Positions 30,754-41,470 of a stretch of 64,000 nucleotides of DNA are shown in pieces (position 1 is the first letter of the stretch; each line of letters starts with the position of its first letter). The notes beneath the pieces are model-generated. The model was not told where the DNA came from. It saw only the letters and a list, made by a program, of their open reading frames with translations, and made no database searches. This stretch comes from Escherichia coli (GTDB lineage: Bacteria; Pseudomonadota; Gammaproteobacteria; Enterobacterales; Enterobacteriaceae), in assembly GCF_041886205.1 (NCBI RefSeq), contig NZ_CP169029.1, one strand, 5' to 3'. A program made the translations under genes and the position numbers.

Positions 30754-32471
30754 GCCAGGGATTCCTGCACATGAAGGCTTTCAGCATAAGCCTTCTGATA
30801 ACGTTTTTTCGCTTCCGCATGGGCAGGCTTGCCGGAGGACGTTCGGGGAATACTGTGGGGCGGCAACAGATCGATAGCCGCGGTCACGCCAAATTCGCTT
30901 TGGATCCGTGCTGCCAGCGCGTGGATAAGCTGCCCGCGACGTTCTTCATCGCTGATCCGACACTGGATCTGCAAAATGATTTTTTCCTGGGCGGTAACAA
31001 AAGCAATCGCATCGCCAGAATGAATTTCCGGTTCCTGTTCCGCAATATATTCAATATCCTGCGGCCAGATATTACGGCCACGAATAATAATCAGATCTTT
31101 AATGCGTCCGGTGACATACAGATAACCGTCCAGCAGATAACCGAGGTCGCCGGTGTCTAACCAGCCCGTCGCGGCAATCTCGTCTTGCGAAGCCTGGTCG
31201 CCAAAGTAACCGCTCATCAGGCTAGGGCCGGAGATGCAAATATGGCCTACCACACGTTCCGCGACAGGTATACCTGCTTCATTGCGGATTTCAATGCCAT
31301 GTTCCGGCAACGCTTTACCGCAGTTGACGAAAGTCGATACGGCGCGTGTTTCAGCACCCGGCGCGACGGCTTTACCGTGGTATTCGAGGATGTCGCGATC
31401 CACTTCGTTAACCATAACCCCGGAGGTTTCATCAGAGAAGCTGACAGCCAGCGCATTTTCTGCCAGTCCGTAGCACGGCATGAAAGTTTTATCGTCAAAG
31501 TTAACCTGACGGAAACATTCAGCGAATTGATGGAGTTGTTCTGCGGAGATGGGTTCTGCACCAATACCAGCGACGCGCCAGGAGGAAAGATCCAGTTCTG
31601 CGAGATCTTTTTCATTCACGCGGCGCTGGCACAATTCATAGCCAAACGGCGGCGCAACGGAAACGGTGCCGCGATTTTTACTGATCAATTTAAGCCATTG
31701 CAGAGGACGCATGGCAAAATCCTGAGTGCGCAAATAATCTACTGAAAGCTGCGTGGCGACGGGGGTCAGGAGAAAGCCGACCAGTCCCATATCATGGTAG
31801 AAAGGCAGCCAGGAGACGCAGCGGTCGCCAGGGCGTAATTTAATGCCATCGTGGCTTATAGCACGTAGATTAGCCATCACTTCGCGATGGGTGATAATGA
31901 CGCCACGGGGAAAACGGGTGCTGCCGGAGGTGTATTGGAGGTAGGCGATATCGTCCGGAACTGGGCGCTGGAGCGCAACATCGGCTTCCGGTAATGCCTT
32001 AAACCAGGCGTGGCTTAAAACATGTAATTCGGGATTGTTATGCGTCGCAGCATTGACCAGCGGTAACCACTCATCACCAGTGATAATGGCTGCGGGCTGG
32101 CAACTTGCCAGTAAACCCTGCAGTTTGGCGCTCCAGGAATCCCGCTGACCGACGCCCATTGGAATCGCCAACGGGACGGCGACTAAGCCGGCATACTGGC
32201 AGGCAAAAAAAGCCTCTACGAACCCGCTACTGGTTTCGGCAATCAGCGCCACGCGATCGCCTTTTTTCAGGTTCAGCGATAACAACCGCTTCGCACCAGC
32301 TTCGGCACGCGCTTTTAACGTCTGATATTCCAGTTGATCTTCAAGTTGGCAACGTCTGTCATAAAAATTCATTCCATCGCTACTCAGAGCGGCGTAGTCC
32401 AAAGCATCAACCAGCGTTGGAAAATCGGCATAGCGCATAGGTAGGGAATGCGTAAAGATTTTATTAGACAT
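30750..32471 (-). CDS. Fatty acyl-AMP ligase / acyl-ACP synthetase-type adenylating enzyme (573 aa)
   Basis: Sits in ORF 30750..32498. Start MSNKIFTHSLPMRYADF at 32471. AMP-binding motif YLQYTSGSTRFPRGV. Overall FAAL-like layout. Confidence 0.85.
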   Translation of the reverse strand: MSNKIFTHSLPMRYADFPTLVDALDYAALSSDGMNFYDRRCQLEDQLEYQTLKARAEAGAKRLLSLNLKKGDRVALIAETSSGFVEAFFACQYAGLVAVPLAIPMGVGQRDSWSAKLQGLLASCQPAAIITGDEWLPLVNAATHNNPELHVLSHAWFKALPEADVALQRPVPDDIAYLQYTSGSTRFPRGVIITHREVMANLRAISHDGIKLRPGDRCVSWLPFYHDMGLVGFLLTPVATQLSVDYLRTQDFAMRPLQWLKLISKNRGTVSVAPPFGYELCQRRVNEKDLAELDLSSWRVAGIGAEPISAEQLHQFAECFRQVNFDDKTFMPCYGLAENALAVSFSDETSGVMVNEVDRDILEYHGKAVAPGAETRAVSTFVNCGKALPEHGIEIRNEAGIPVAERVVGHICISGPSLMSGYFGDQASQDEIAATGWLDTGDLGYLLDGYLYVTGRIKDLIIIRGRNIWPQDIEYIAEQEPEIHSGDAIAFVTAQEKIILQIQCRISDEERRGQLIHALAARIQSEFGVTAAIDLLPPHSIPRTSSGKPAHAEAKKRYQKAYAESLHVQESLA

Positions 32472-32842
32472 ATACACCACGAAAAAATTGGATATCAAAA
32501 ATAAAATGACAATAATGCGGTGGATTATATAGGCATAAAAGATAAATGAGATAGTATTTTCATCAGTGTGAAAATGAACATTGATTTATATAATGAGTTT
32601 GAGTTTTTTTGTTTTTATTGTGAATGATATTTAATTTATGAATATATTAAGAAGAAGCCTTGTCCGGTCGCCTTAAATCGACAAAAGGCATTGTGGCGCT
32701 TCTGTGTAGTCGCTGACCCTATCGTAATCATTAATAAATACTATTTATTCGTCGTTTGTATCCATTGGGTTGATTATTAAGGTGCCGTTCGTTGCTGTTG
32801 CAACCTGTTTGTCACCGTTAATTATTTGTTACCCACAGAACT

Positions 32843-33985
32843 ATGGAATGCGATCTGCTGATGATTAAAATTGAAAAAGTAATTAATAAAAATGACCTTA
32901 AGGCATTTATCGCTTTTCCGTCATCACTTTATCCCGACGATCCAAACTGGATACCCCCTTTATTCATTGAACGCAACGAGCATTTGTCTGCGAAAAATCC
33001 GGGGACGGACCATATCATCTGGCAGGCGTGGGTGGCAAAAAAAGCGGGGCAGATAGTTGGGCGTATTACCGCGCAAATAGATACCTTGCACCGCGAGCGT
33101 TACGGCAAAGATACCGGTCATTTCGGCATGATTGACGCCATTGATGATCCGCAGGTTTTTGCCGCGTTGTTTGGCGCAGCGGAAGCGTGGTTGAAGTCAC
33201 AAGGTGCAAGTAAGATCAGCGGTCCTTTCAGCCTGAATATCAATCAGGAAAGCGGATTACTGATTGAAGGTTTCGATACACCACCCTGTGCGATGATGCC
33301 GCACGGTAAACCGTGGTATGCCGCGCATATTGAACAATTGGGTTATCACAAAGGCATTGATTTACTGGCGTGGTGGATGCAGCGAACCGATCTCACTTTC
33401 TCTCCGGCGCTAAAAAAACTGATGGATCAGGTGCGTAAGAAGGTGACCATTCGCTGCATCAATCGCCAGCGGTTTGCCGAAGAGATGCAGATCCTGCGTG
33501 AGATTTTCAACTCTGGCTGGCAGCACAACTGGGGATTTGTGCCGTTTACCGAACATGAATTCGCGACCATGGGCGATCAACTTAAATATCTGGTGCCGGA
33601 CGATATGATCTACATCGCTGAGATTGATTCTGCACCCTGCGCGTTTATTGTCGGCTTGCCAAACATCAACGAGGCGATTGCCGATCTGAACGGATCGCTC
33701 TTTCCCTTCGGCTGGGCAAAATTGCTGTGGCGTTTGAAAGTCAGCGGTGTGCGAACTGCGCGAGTGCCGCTGATGGGCGTGCGGGACGAGTATCAGTTCA
33801 GCCGCATCGGCCCGGTGATTGCGCTGTTATTGATTGAAGCCTTACGCGATCCGTTTGCCCGCCGGAAGATCGATGCGCTGGAGATGTCATGGCTCCTCGA
33901 AACCAATACAGGCATGAATAACATGCTGGAACGCATTGGGGCAGAGCCGTACAAGCGTTACCGATTGTATGAAAAGCAAATTTAA
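32843..33985 (+). CDS. yghO: GNAT-like N-acyltransferase YghO, intact (374-380 aa)
   Basis: Recognised as YghO. The alternative start MIKIEKVINK is at 32861. Divergent from the FAAL operon across an AT-rich region. Confidence 0.8.
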   Translation: MECDLLMIKIEKVINKNDLKAFIAFPSSLYPDDPNWIPPLFIERNEHLSAKNPGTDHIIWQAWVAKKAGQIVGRITAQIDTLHRERYGKDTGHFGMIDAIDDPQVFAALFGAAEAWLKSQGASKISGPFSLNINQESGLLIEGFDTPPCAMMPHGKPWYAAHIEQLGYHKGIDLLAWWMQRTDLTFSPALKKLMDQVRKKVTIRCINRQRFAEEMQILREIFNSGWQHNWGFVPFTEHEFATMGDQLKYLVPDDMIYIAEIDSAPCAFIVGLPNINEAIADLNGSLFPFGWAKLLWRLKVSGVRTARVPLMGVRDEYQFSRIGPVIALLLIEALRDPFARRKIDALEMSWLLETNTGMNNMLERIGAEPYKRYRLYEKQI

Positions 33986-34061
33986 TACCAGATCCTGTTA
34001 AGCGCAGGGGCGGTCCCATCGCCCCTCGGGGAAAGGGTTAGGGTGAGGGGGAAAACTCTGC

Positions 34062-34832
34062 TCACATTCCCACCTTGTTCATCTCCAGCGGCACCGCCGA
34101 GCGAATCAAATGGTGGCCTTCCAGCTCGATATCGTGGAGATTCTTTTTCACGGTCCGCACATGATCGCGTGCTGCGCGCTGGGCGACGTGCGGCAGCCGC
34201 TGCAACACCGCGTTGTAGATCCGCGCATGCTGGCGATCGATCTGCTTTTTTTGCTGTGGTCGATGGTAGAGATTATTTACGCTGGCAAACACTGAATTAA
34301 ACATCAGATCGGTCAATGATTGCAGCGTAAACACCAGCACCTGATTGTGAGAAGCCTGACAAATGGCGAGATGGAAAGCGTGATCCAACTGAGCATGTTC
34401 GATCAGCGAAATCTCTTTGTTGTTCTCACTGGCGGCGAGCATTTTTTCATAACAGCGGGTTATCACAACAAAATCAGCCTGGGTTCCCAGCGTTGCCGCA
34501 AGCCTTGCCGATTCGCCCTCCAGCAATGCGCGAACGTCGAGCAGATCGTACAGCGTTCGCGGCTGCGTGCTGAACAGATGAATTAGCGGGCTGGTGTCCT
34601 GCACCCGATTAAGCCGTGCGACACGAGAATCGCGACCCTGCGCTGTTTCAATAATCCCGCGCCCGCGCAGCACGGTCAGTCCTTCACGCAGTGCGGAGCG
34701 TGAGAAGCCGAGCTTTTCACACAGTCGACGTTCCGAGGGAAGCGGCTGACCGACCTTCAGTACGCCGTCGATAATTAACCGTTCGATACTCTCTGCAACC
34801 ACTTCGCAAATAGGGCGACGTTCATCTTTCAT
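34062..34832 (-). CDS. glcC: GntR/FadR-family glycolate regulator GlcC
   Basis: Sits in ORF 34062..34901. Start MKDERRPICEVVAESIERLIIDGVLKVGQPLPSER at 34832, recognised as GlcC. Confidence 0.93.
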   Translation of the reverse strand: MKDERRPICEVVAESIERLIIDGVLKVGQPLPSERRLCEKLGFSRSALREGLTVLRGRGIIETAQGRDSRVARLNRVQDTSPLIHLFSTQPRTLYDLLDVRALLEGESARLAATLGTQADFVVITRCYEKMLAASENNKEISLIEHAQLDHAFHLAICQASHNQVLVFTLQSLTDLMFNSVFASVNNLYHRPQQKKQIDRQHARIYNAVLQRLPHVAQRAARDHVRTVKKNLHDIELEGHHLIRSAVPLEMNKVGM

Positions 34833-35082
34833 TCCCGGACCTCGTACACAGGTAGGACCAATTTTTCTGTTCTTAACTCGCAAAACACGCACATCACGCA
34901 AGTGATTATGTTACATCGATTTAACATTAAGTTAACCAAGACAAGGTCACAGAGCTGGAAAAAAAATGGTCTGACCGGTAGCTAAAGAGATAGACGAAAA
35001 CGAAAAGCCCGCTTAATAACTGTTCACAGAAGCAGCGCGCAAAAATCAGCTGCCACACAACACAACAAAGCGAAGCCTACTC

Positions 35083-36582
35083 ATGAGCATCTTGTACGAA
35101 GAGCGTCTTGATGGCGCTTTACCCGATGTCGACCGCACATCGGTACTGATGGCACTGCGTGAGCATGTCCCTGGACTTGAGATCCTGCATACCGATGAGG
35201 AGATCATTCCTTACGAGTGTGACGGGTTGAGCGCGTATCGCACGCGTCCATTACTGGTTGTTCTGCCTAAGCAGATGGAACAGGTGACAGCGATTCTGGC
35301 TGTCTGCCATCGCCTGCGTGTACCGGTGGTGACCCGTGGTGCAGGCACCGGGCTTTCTGGTGGCGCGCTGCCGCTGGAAAAAGGTGTGTTGTTGGTGATG
35401 GCGCGCTTTAAAGAGATCCTCGACATTAACCCCGTTGGTCGCCGCGCGCGCGTGCAGCCAGGCGTGCGTAACCTGGCGATCTCCCAGGCCGTTGCACCGC
35501 ATAATCTCTACTACGCACCGGACCCTTCCTCACAAATCGCCTGTTCCATTGGCGGCAACGTGGCAGAAAATGCCGGCGGCGTCCACTGCCTGAAATATGG
35601 TCTGACCGTACATAACCTGCTGAAAATTGAAGTGCAAACGCTGGACGGCGAGGCGCTGACGCTGGGATCGGACGCGCTGGATTCACCTGGTTTTGACCTG
35701 CTGGCGCTGTTCACCGGATCGGAAGGTATGCTCGGCGTGACCACCGAAGTGACGGTAAAACTGCTGCCGAAGCCGCCCGTGGCGCGGGTTCTGTTAGCCA
35801 GCTTTGACTCGGTAGAAAAAGCCGGACTTGCAGTTGGTGACATCATCGCCAATGGCATTATCCCCGGCGGGCTGGAGATGATGGATAACCTGTCGATCCG
35901 CGCGGCGGAAGATTTTATTCATGCCGGTTATCCCGTCGACGCCGAAGCAATTTTGTTATGCGAGCTGGACGGCGTGGAGTCTGACGTACAGGAAGACTGC
36001 GAGCGGGTTAACGACATCTTGTTGAAAGCGGGCGCGACTGACGTCCGTCTGGCACAGGACGAAGCAGAGCGCGTACGTTTCTGGGCCGGTCGCAAAAATG
36101 CGTTCCCGGCGGTAGGACGTATCTCCCCGGATTACTACTGCATGGATGGCACCATCCCGCGTCGCGCCCTGCCTGGCGTACTGGAAGGCATTGCCCGTTT
36201 ATCGCAGCAATATGATTTACGTGTTGCCAACGTCTTTCATGCCGGAGATGGCAACATGCACCCGTTAATCCTTTTCGATGCCAACGAACCCGGTGAATTT
36301 GCCCGCGCGGAAGAGCTGGGTGGGAAGATCCTCGAACTCTGCGTTGAAGTTGGCGGCAGCATCAGTGGGGAACATGGCATCGGGCGAGAAAAAATCAATC
36401 AAATGTGCGCCCAGTTCAACATCGATGAAATCACGACCTTCCATGCGGTCAAGGCGGCGTTTGACCCCGATGGTTTGCTGAACCCTGGGAAAAACATTCC
36501 CACGCTACACCGCTGTGCTGAATTTGGTGCCATGCATGTGCATCACGGTCATTTACCTTTCCCTGAACTGGAGCGTTTCTGA
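35083..36582 (+). CDS. glcD: Glycolate oxidase FAD-binding subunit GlcD (499 aa)
   Basis: MSILYEERLDGALPDVDRTSVLMALREHVPGLEILH... recognised as GlcD. Confidence 0.96.
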   Translation: MSILYEERLDGALPDVDRTSVLMALREHVPGLEILHTDEEIIPYECDGLSAYRTRPLLVVLPKQMEQVTAILAVCHRLRVPVVTRGAGTGLSGGALPLEKGVLLVMARFKEILDINPVGRRARVQPGVRNLAISQAVAPHNLYYAPDPSSQIACSIGGNVAENAGGVHCLKYGLTVHNLLKIEVQTLDGEALTLGSDALDSPGFDLLALFTGSEGMLGVTTEVTVKLLPKPPVARVLLASFDSVEKAGLAVGDIIANGIIPGGLEMMDNLSIRAAEDFIHAGYPVDAEAILLCELDGVESDVQEDCERVNDILLKAGATDVRLAQDEAERVRFWAGRKNAFPAVGRISPDYYCMDGTIPRRALPGVLEGIARLSQQYDLRVANVFHAGDGNMHPLILFDANEPGEFARAEELGGKILELCVEVGGSISGEHGIGREKINQMCAQFNIDEITTFHAVKAAFDPDGLLNPGKNIPTLHRCAEFGAMHVHHGHLPFPELERF

Positions 36583-37634
36583 TGCTACGCGAGTGTGATT
36601 ACAGCCAGGCGCTGCTGGAGCAGGTGAATCAGGCAATTAGCGATAAAACGCCGCTGGTGATTCAGGGCAGCAATAGCAAAGCCTTTTTAGGTCGCCCTGT
36701 CACCGGGCAAACGCTGGATGTGCGTTGTCATCGCGGCATTGTTAATTACGACCCGACCGAGCTGGTGATAACCGCGCGTGCCGGAACGCCGCTGGTGGCG
36801 ATTGAAGCGGCGCTGGAGAGCGCCGGGCAAATGCTCCCCTGCGAGCCGCCGCATTATGGTGAAGAAGCCACCTGGGGCGGGATGGTCGCCTGCGGGCTGG
36901 CGGGGCCGCGTCGCCCGTGGAGCGGTTCGGTCCGCGATTTTGTCCTCGGCACGCGCATCATTACCGGCGCTGGAAAACATCTGCGTTTTGGTGGCGAAGT
37001 GATGAAAAACGTTGCCGGATACGATCTCTCACGGTTAATGGCCGGAAGCTACGGTTGTCTTGGCGTGCTCACTGAAATCTCGATGAAAGTGTTACCGCGA
37101 CCGCGCGCCTCCCTGAGCCTGCGTCGGGAAATCAGCCTGCAAGAAGCCATGAACGAAATCGCCCAGTGGCAACTCCAGCCGCTACCCATTAGTGGCTTAT
37201 GTTACTTCGACAATGCGTTGTGGATCCGCCTTGAGGGCGGCGAAGGATCGGTAAAAGCGGCGCGTGAACTGCTGGGGGGCGAAGAGGTTGCCGGTCAGTT
37301 CTGGCAGCAATTGCGTGAACAACAACTGCCGTTCTTCTCGTTACCAGGTACCTTATGGCGCATTTCATTACCCAGCGATGCGCCGATGATGGATTTACCC
37401 GGCGAGCTACTGATCGACTGGGGCGGAGCGTTACGCTGGCTGAAATCGACAGCCGAGGACAATCAAATCCATCGCATCGCCCGCAACGCTGGCGGTCATG
37501 CGACCCGCTTTAGTGCCGGAGATGGTGGCTTTGCCCCGCTATCGGCTCCTTTATTCCGCTATCACCAGCAGCTTAAACAGCAGCTCGACCCTTGCGGCGT
37601 GTTTAACCCCGGTCGCATGTACGCGGAACTTTGA
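36582..37634 (+). CDS. glcE: Glycolate oxidase subunit GlcE (350 aa)
   Basis: MLRECDYSQALLEQVNQAISDKTPLVIQGSNSKAFLG... recognised as GlcE. Its start overlaps the glcD stop. Confidence 0.96.
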   Translation: MLRECDYSQALLEQVNQAISDKTPLVIQGSNSKAFLGRPVTGQTLDVRCHRGIVNYDPTELVITARAGTPLVAIEAALESAGQMLPCEPPHYGEEATWGGMVACGLAGPRRPWSGSVRDFVLGTRIITGAGKHLRFGGEVMKNVAGYDLSRLMAGSYGCLGVLTEISMKVLPRPRASLSLRREISLQEAMNEIAQWQLQPLPISGLCYFDNALWIRLEGGEGSVKAARELLGGEEVAGQFWQQLREQQLPFFSLPGTLWRISLPSDAPMMDLPGELLIDWGGALRWLKSTAEDNQIHRIARNAGGHATRFSAGDGGFAPLSAPLFRYHQQLKQQLDPCGVFNPGRMYAEL

Positions 37635-37644
37635 GGAGCAGGCT

Positions 37645-38868
37645 ATGCAAACCCAATTAACTGAAGAGATGCGGCAGAACGCGCGCGCGCTGGAAGCCGA
37701 CAGCATCCTGCGCGCCTGTGTTCACTGCGGATTTTGTACCGCAACCTGCCCAACCTATCAGCTTCTGGGCGATGAACTGGACGGGCCGCGTGGGCGCATC
37801 TATCTGATTAAACAGGTGCTGGAAGGCAACGAAGTCACGCTTAAAACACAGGAGCATCTCGATCGCTGCCTCACTTGCCGCAATTGTGAAACCACCTGTC
37901 CTTCTGGTGTGCGCTATCACAATTTGCTGGATATCGGGCGTGATATTGTCGAGCAGAAAGTGAAACGCCCACTGCCGGAGCGAATGCTGCGCGAAGGATT
38001 GCGCCAGGTAGTGCCGCGTCCGGCGGTCTTCCGTGCGCTGACGCAGGTAGGGCTGGTGCTGCGACCGTTTTTACCGGAACAGGTCAGAGCAAAACTGCCT
38101 GCTGAAACGGTGAAAGCTAAACCGCGTCCGCCGCTGCGCCATAAGCGTCGGGTTTTAATGCTGGAAGGCTGCGCCCAGCCTACGCTTTCGCCCAACACCA
38201 ACGCGGCAACTGCGCGAGTGCTGGATCGTCTGGGGATCAGCGTCATGTCAGCTAACGAAGCAGGCTGTTGTGGCGCGGTGGACTATCATCTTAATGCGCA
38301 GGAGAAAGGGCTGGCGCGGGCGCGCAATAATATTGATGCCTGGTGGCCCGCGATTGAAGCAGGTGCTGAGGCAATTTTGCAAACCGCCAGCGGTTGCGGC
38401 GCGTTTGTCAAAGAGTACGGGCAGATGCTGAAAAACGATGCGTTATATGCCGATAAAGCGCGTCAAGTCAGTGAACTGGCGGTCGATTTAGTCGAGCTTC
38501 TGCGCGAGGAACCGCTGGAAAAACTGGCAGTTCGCGGCGATAAAAAACTGGCCTTCCACTGCCCGTGTACCCTACAACATGCGCAAAAGCTGAACGGCGA
38601 AGTGGAAAAAGTGTTGCTTCGTCTTGGATTTACCTTAACGGACGTTCCCGACAGCCATCTGTGCTGCGGTTCAGCGGGAACATATGCGTTAACGCATCCC
38701 GATCTGGCACGCCAGCTGCGGGATAACAAAATGAATGCGCTGGAAAGCGGCAAACCGGAAATGATCGTCACCGCCAACATTGGTTGCCAGACGCATCTGG
38801 CGAGCGCCGGTCGTACCTCTGTGCGTCACTGGATTGAAATTGTAGAACAAGCCCTTGAAAAGGAATAA
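37645..38868 (+). CDS. glcF: Glycolate oxidase iron-sulfur subunit GlcF (407 aa)
   Basis: Sits in ORF 37498..38868. ATG at 37645 (MQTQLTEEMRQNARALEAD). CxxCxxCxxxCP motifs. Confidence 0.95.
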   Translation: MQTQLTEEMRQNARALEADSILRACVHCGFCTATCPTYQLLGDELDGPRGRIYLIKQVLEGNEVTLKTQEHLDRCLTCRNCETTCPSGVRYHNLLDIGRDIVEQKVKRPLPERMLREGLRQVVPRPAVFRALTQVGLVLRPFLPEQVRAKLPAETVKAKPRPPLRHKRRVLMLEGCAQPTLSPNTNAATARVLDRLGISVMSANEAGCCGAVDYHLNAQEKGLARARNNIDAWWPAIEAGAEAILQTASGCGAFVKEYGQMLKNDALYADKARQVSELAVDLVELLREEPLEKLAVRGDKKLAFHCPCTLQHAQKLNGEVEKVLLRLGFTLTDVPDSHLCCGSAGTYALTHPDLARQLRDNKMNALESGKPEMIVTANIGCQTHLASAGRTSVRHWIEIVEQALEKE

Positions 38869-38872
38869 CAAA

Positions 38873-39277
38873 ATGAAAACTAAAGTCATTCTTAGCCAGC
38901 AAATGGCGAGTGCAATTATTGCCGCAGGTCAGGAAGAGGCGCAGAAAAATAACTGGTCTGTTTCCATTGCTGTTGCCGATGACGGCGGTCATCTGCTGGC
39001 GTTAAGTCGCATGGACGATTGCGCGCCGATTGCGGCTTACATCTCCCAGGAGAAAGCGCGTACCGCCGCGCTGGGGCGTCGTGAAACTAAGGGCTATGAA
39101 GAGATGGTGAACAACGGACGTACCGCGTTCGTGACTGCGCCGTTATTAACGTCGCTGGAAGGCGGCGTACCGGTTGTTGTTGATGGGCAAATTATTGGTG
39201 CCGTGGGCGTTTCTGGTTTAACCGGAGCACAGGATGCGCAGGTCGCGAAAGCGGCAGCAGCGGTGTTGGCGAAATAA
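38873..39277 (+). CDS. glcG: GlcG (134 aa)
   Basis: Sits in ORF 38855..39277. Start MKTKVILSQQMASAIIAAGQEEA at 38873. Confidence 0.92.
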   Translation: MKTKVILSQQMASAIIAAGQEEAQKNNWSVSIAVADDGGHLLALSRMDDCAPIAAYISQEKARTAALGRRETKGYEEMVNNGRTAFVTAPLLTSLEGGVPVVVDGQIIGAVGVSGLTGAQDAQVAKAAAAVLAK

Positions 39278-39298
39278 GCGAAAACGAGGAGATAAACA

Positions 39299-41470
39299 AT
39301 GAGTCAAACCATAACCCAGGGCCGTTTACGCATTGACGCCAATTTTAAACGTTTTGTGGATGAAGAAGTTTTACCGGGAACAGGGCTGGACGCTGCGGCG
39401 TTCTGGCGCAATTTTGATGAGATCGTTCACGATCTGGCACCAGAAAATCGTCAGTTGCTGGCAGAACGCGATCGCATTCAGGCGGCGCTTGATGAGTGGC
39501 ATCGCAGCAATCCGGGGCCGGTAAAAGATAAAGCGGCCTATAAATCTTTCCTGCGTGAACTGGGCTACCTGGTGCCGCAACCGGAGCGCGTGACGGTGGA
39601 AACCACGGGCATTGACAGCGAAATCACCAGTCAGGCGGGGCCACAGCTGGTGGTTCCGGCAATGAACGCCCGCTACGCGCTGAACGCGGCGAACGCTCGC
39701 TGGGGCTCACTGTACGATGCGTTATACGGCAGCGACATCATCCCGCAGGAAGGGGCGGTGGTCAGCGGCTACGATCCGCAACGCGGTGAGCAGGTTATCG
39801 CCTGGGTTCGGCGTTTCCTCGATGAATCTCTACCGCTGGAAAACGGCAGCTATCAGGATGTGGTGGCGTTTAAGGTGGTCGATAAACAATTACGCATCCA
39901 GTTGAAAAATGGTAAAGAAACCACGTTACGTACCCCGGCGCAGTTTGTCGGTTACCGTGGCGATGCCGCTGCGCTGACCTGCATTTTGCTGAAAAATAAC
40001 GGCCTGCATATTGAACTGCAAATTGATGCCAACGGGCGGATTGGCAAAGACGATCCGGCGCACATCAACGATGTTATCGTCGAAGCGGCCATCAGTACCA
40101 TTCTCGACTGCGAAGATTCGGTCGCGGCGGTTGATGCGGAAGATAAAATCCTGCTGTACCGCAATCTGCTGGGCCTGATGCAGGGGACTCTGCAAGAGAA
40201 AATGGAGAAAAACGGTCGACAAATCGTGCGTAAACTGAATGACGATCGTCATTACACCGCCGCCGATGGCTCTGAAATTTCTCTGCACGGACGCTCGCTG
40301 CTGTTTATCCGCAACGTGGGTCATTTGATGACCATTCCTGTGATTTGGGACAGCGAAGGCAATGAAATCCCGGAAGGCATTCTTGATGGCGTCATGACTG
40401 GCGCGATTGCCCTCTATGATTTAAAAGTGCAGAAAAACTCGCGCACTGGCAGCGTCTATATTGTGAAACCGAAAATGCACGGTCCGCAGGAAGTGGCGTT
40501 CGCCAACAAACTGTTTACCCGCATTGAGACAATGCTCGGTATGGCACCGAATACCCTGAAAATGGGCATTATGGATGAAGAACGTCGGACCTCGCTGAAC
40601 TTGCGTAGCTGTATCGCTCAGGCGCGCAACCGCGTGGCGTTCATCAATACCGGTTTCCTCGACCGTACCGGCGATGAAATGCATTCGGTGATGGAAGCTG
40701 GCCCGATGCTGCGTAAAAATCAGATGAAATCGACGCCGTGGATCAAAGCCTACGAGCGTAATAACGTGCTTTCCGGCCTGTTCTGTGGGCTGCGCGGTAA
40801 AGCGCAAATCGGTAAAGGCATGTGGGCAATGCCGGACCTGATGGCAGACATGTACAGCCAGAAGGGCGACCAACTGCGTGCCGGGGCAAACACAGCCTGG
40901 GTTCCGTCACCAACCGCTGCTACGCTCCATGCGCTGCACTACCACCAAACCAACGTACAGAGCGTGCAAGCCAACATTGCCCAGACCGAGTTTAATGCTG
41001 AATTTGAACCGCTGCTGGACGATCTGCTGACTATTCCGGTTGCTGAAAACGCTAACTGGTCGGCGCAAGAGATCCAACAAGAGCTGGATAACAACGTGCA
41101 GGGGATTCTGGGGTACGTGGTGCGCTGGGTGGAGCAGGGGATTGGTTGTTCAAAAGTGCCGGATATTCACAATGTGGCGCTGATGGAAGACCGCGCAACG
41201 CTGCGTATCTCCAGCCAGCATATCGCCAACTGGTTACGTCACGGTATTCTGACCAAAGAACAGGTGCAGGCGTCGCTGGAGAATATGGCGAAAGTGGTTG
41301 ATCAGCAAAACGCTGGCGATCCGGCTTACCGTCCGATGGCGGGGAATTTCGCTAACTCGTGTGCTTTTAAAGCTGCCAGCGATTTGATCTTCCTCGGCGT
41401 GAAACAGCCAAACGGTTATACCGAACCGTTATTACACGCCTGGCGTTTACGCGAAAAAGAAAGTCATTAA
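39299..41470 (+). CDS. glcB: Malate synthase G (723 aa)
   Basis: [36 protein letters not shown]... recognised as GlcB. Confidence 0.97.
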   Translation: MSQTITQGRLRIDANFKRFVDEEVLPGTGLDAAAFWRNFDEIVHDLAPENRQLLAERDRIQAALDEWHRSNPGPVKDKAAYKSFLRELGYLVPQPERVTVETTGIDSEITSQAGPQLVVPAMNARYALNAANARWGSLYDALYGSDIIPQEGAVVSGYDPQRGEQVIAWVRRFLDESLPLENGSYQDVVAFKVVDKQLRIQLKNGKETTLRTPAQFVGYRGDAAALTCILLKNNGLHIELQIDANGRIGKDDPAHINDVIVEAAISTILDCEDSVAAVDAEDKILLYRNLLGLMQGTLQEKMEKNGRQIVRKLNDDRHYTAADGSEISLHGRSLLFIRNVGHLMTIPVIWDSEGNEIPEGILDGVMTGAIALYDLKVQKNSRTGSVYIVKPKMHGPQEVAFANKLFTRIETMLGMAPNTLKMGIMDEERRTSLNLRSCIAQARNRVAFINTGFLDRTGDEMHSVMEAGPMLRKNQMKSTPWIKAYERNNVLSGLFCGLRGKAQIGKGMWAMPDLMADMYSQKGDQLRAGANTAWVPSPTAATLHALHYHQTNVQSVQANIAQTEFNAEFEPLLDDLLTIPVAENANWSAQEIQQELDNNVQGILGYVVRWVEQGIGCSKVPDIHNVALMEDRATLRISSQHIANWLRHGILTKEQVQASLENMAKVVDQQNAGDPAYRPMAGNFANSCAFKAASDLIFLGVKQPNGYTEPLLHAWRLREKESH

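Noticed and set aside
33990-34061. GC-rich segment GCAGGGGCGGTCCCATCGCCCCTCGGGGAAAGGGTTAGGGTGAGGGGG between yghO and glcC.
   Set aside because: It looks like one of the E. coli intergenic GC-rich repeat families (Box C-like). I cannot verify which family from memory, there is only one copy in the window, and it is not a clean terminator.
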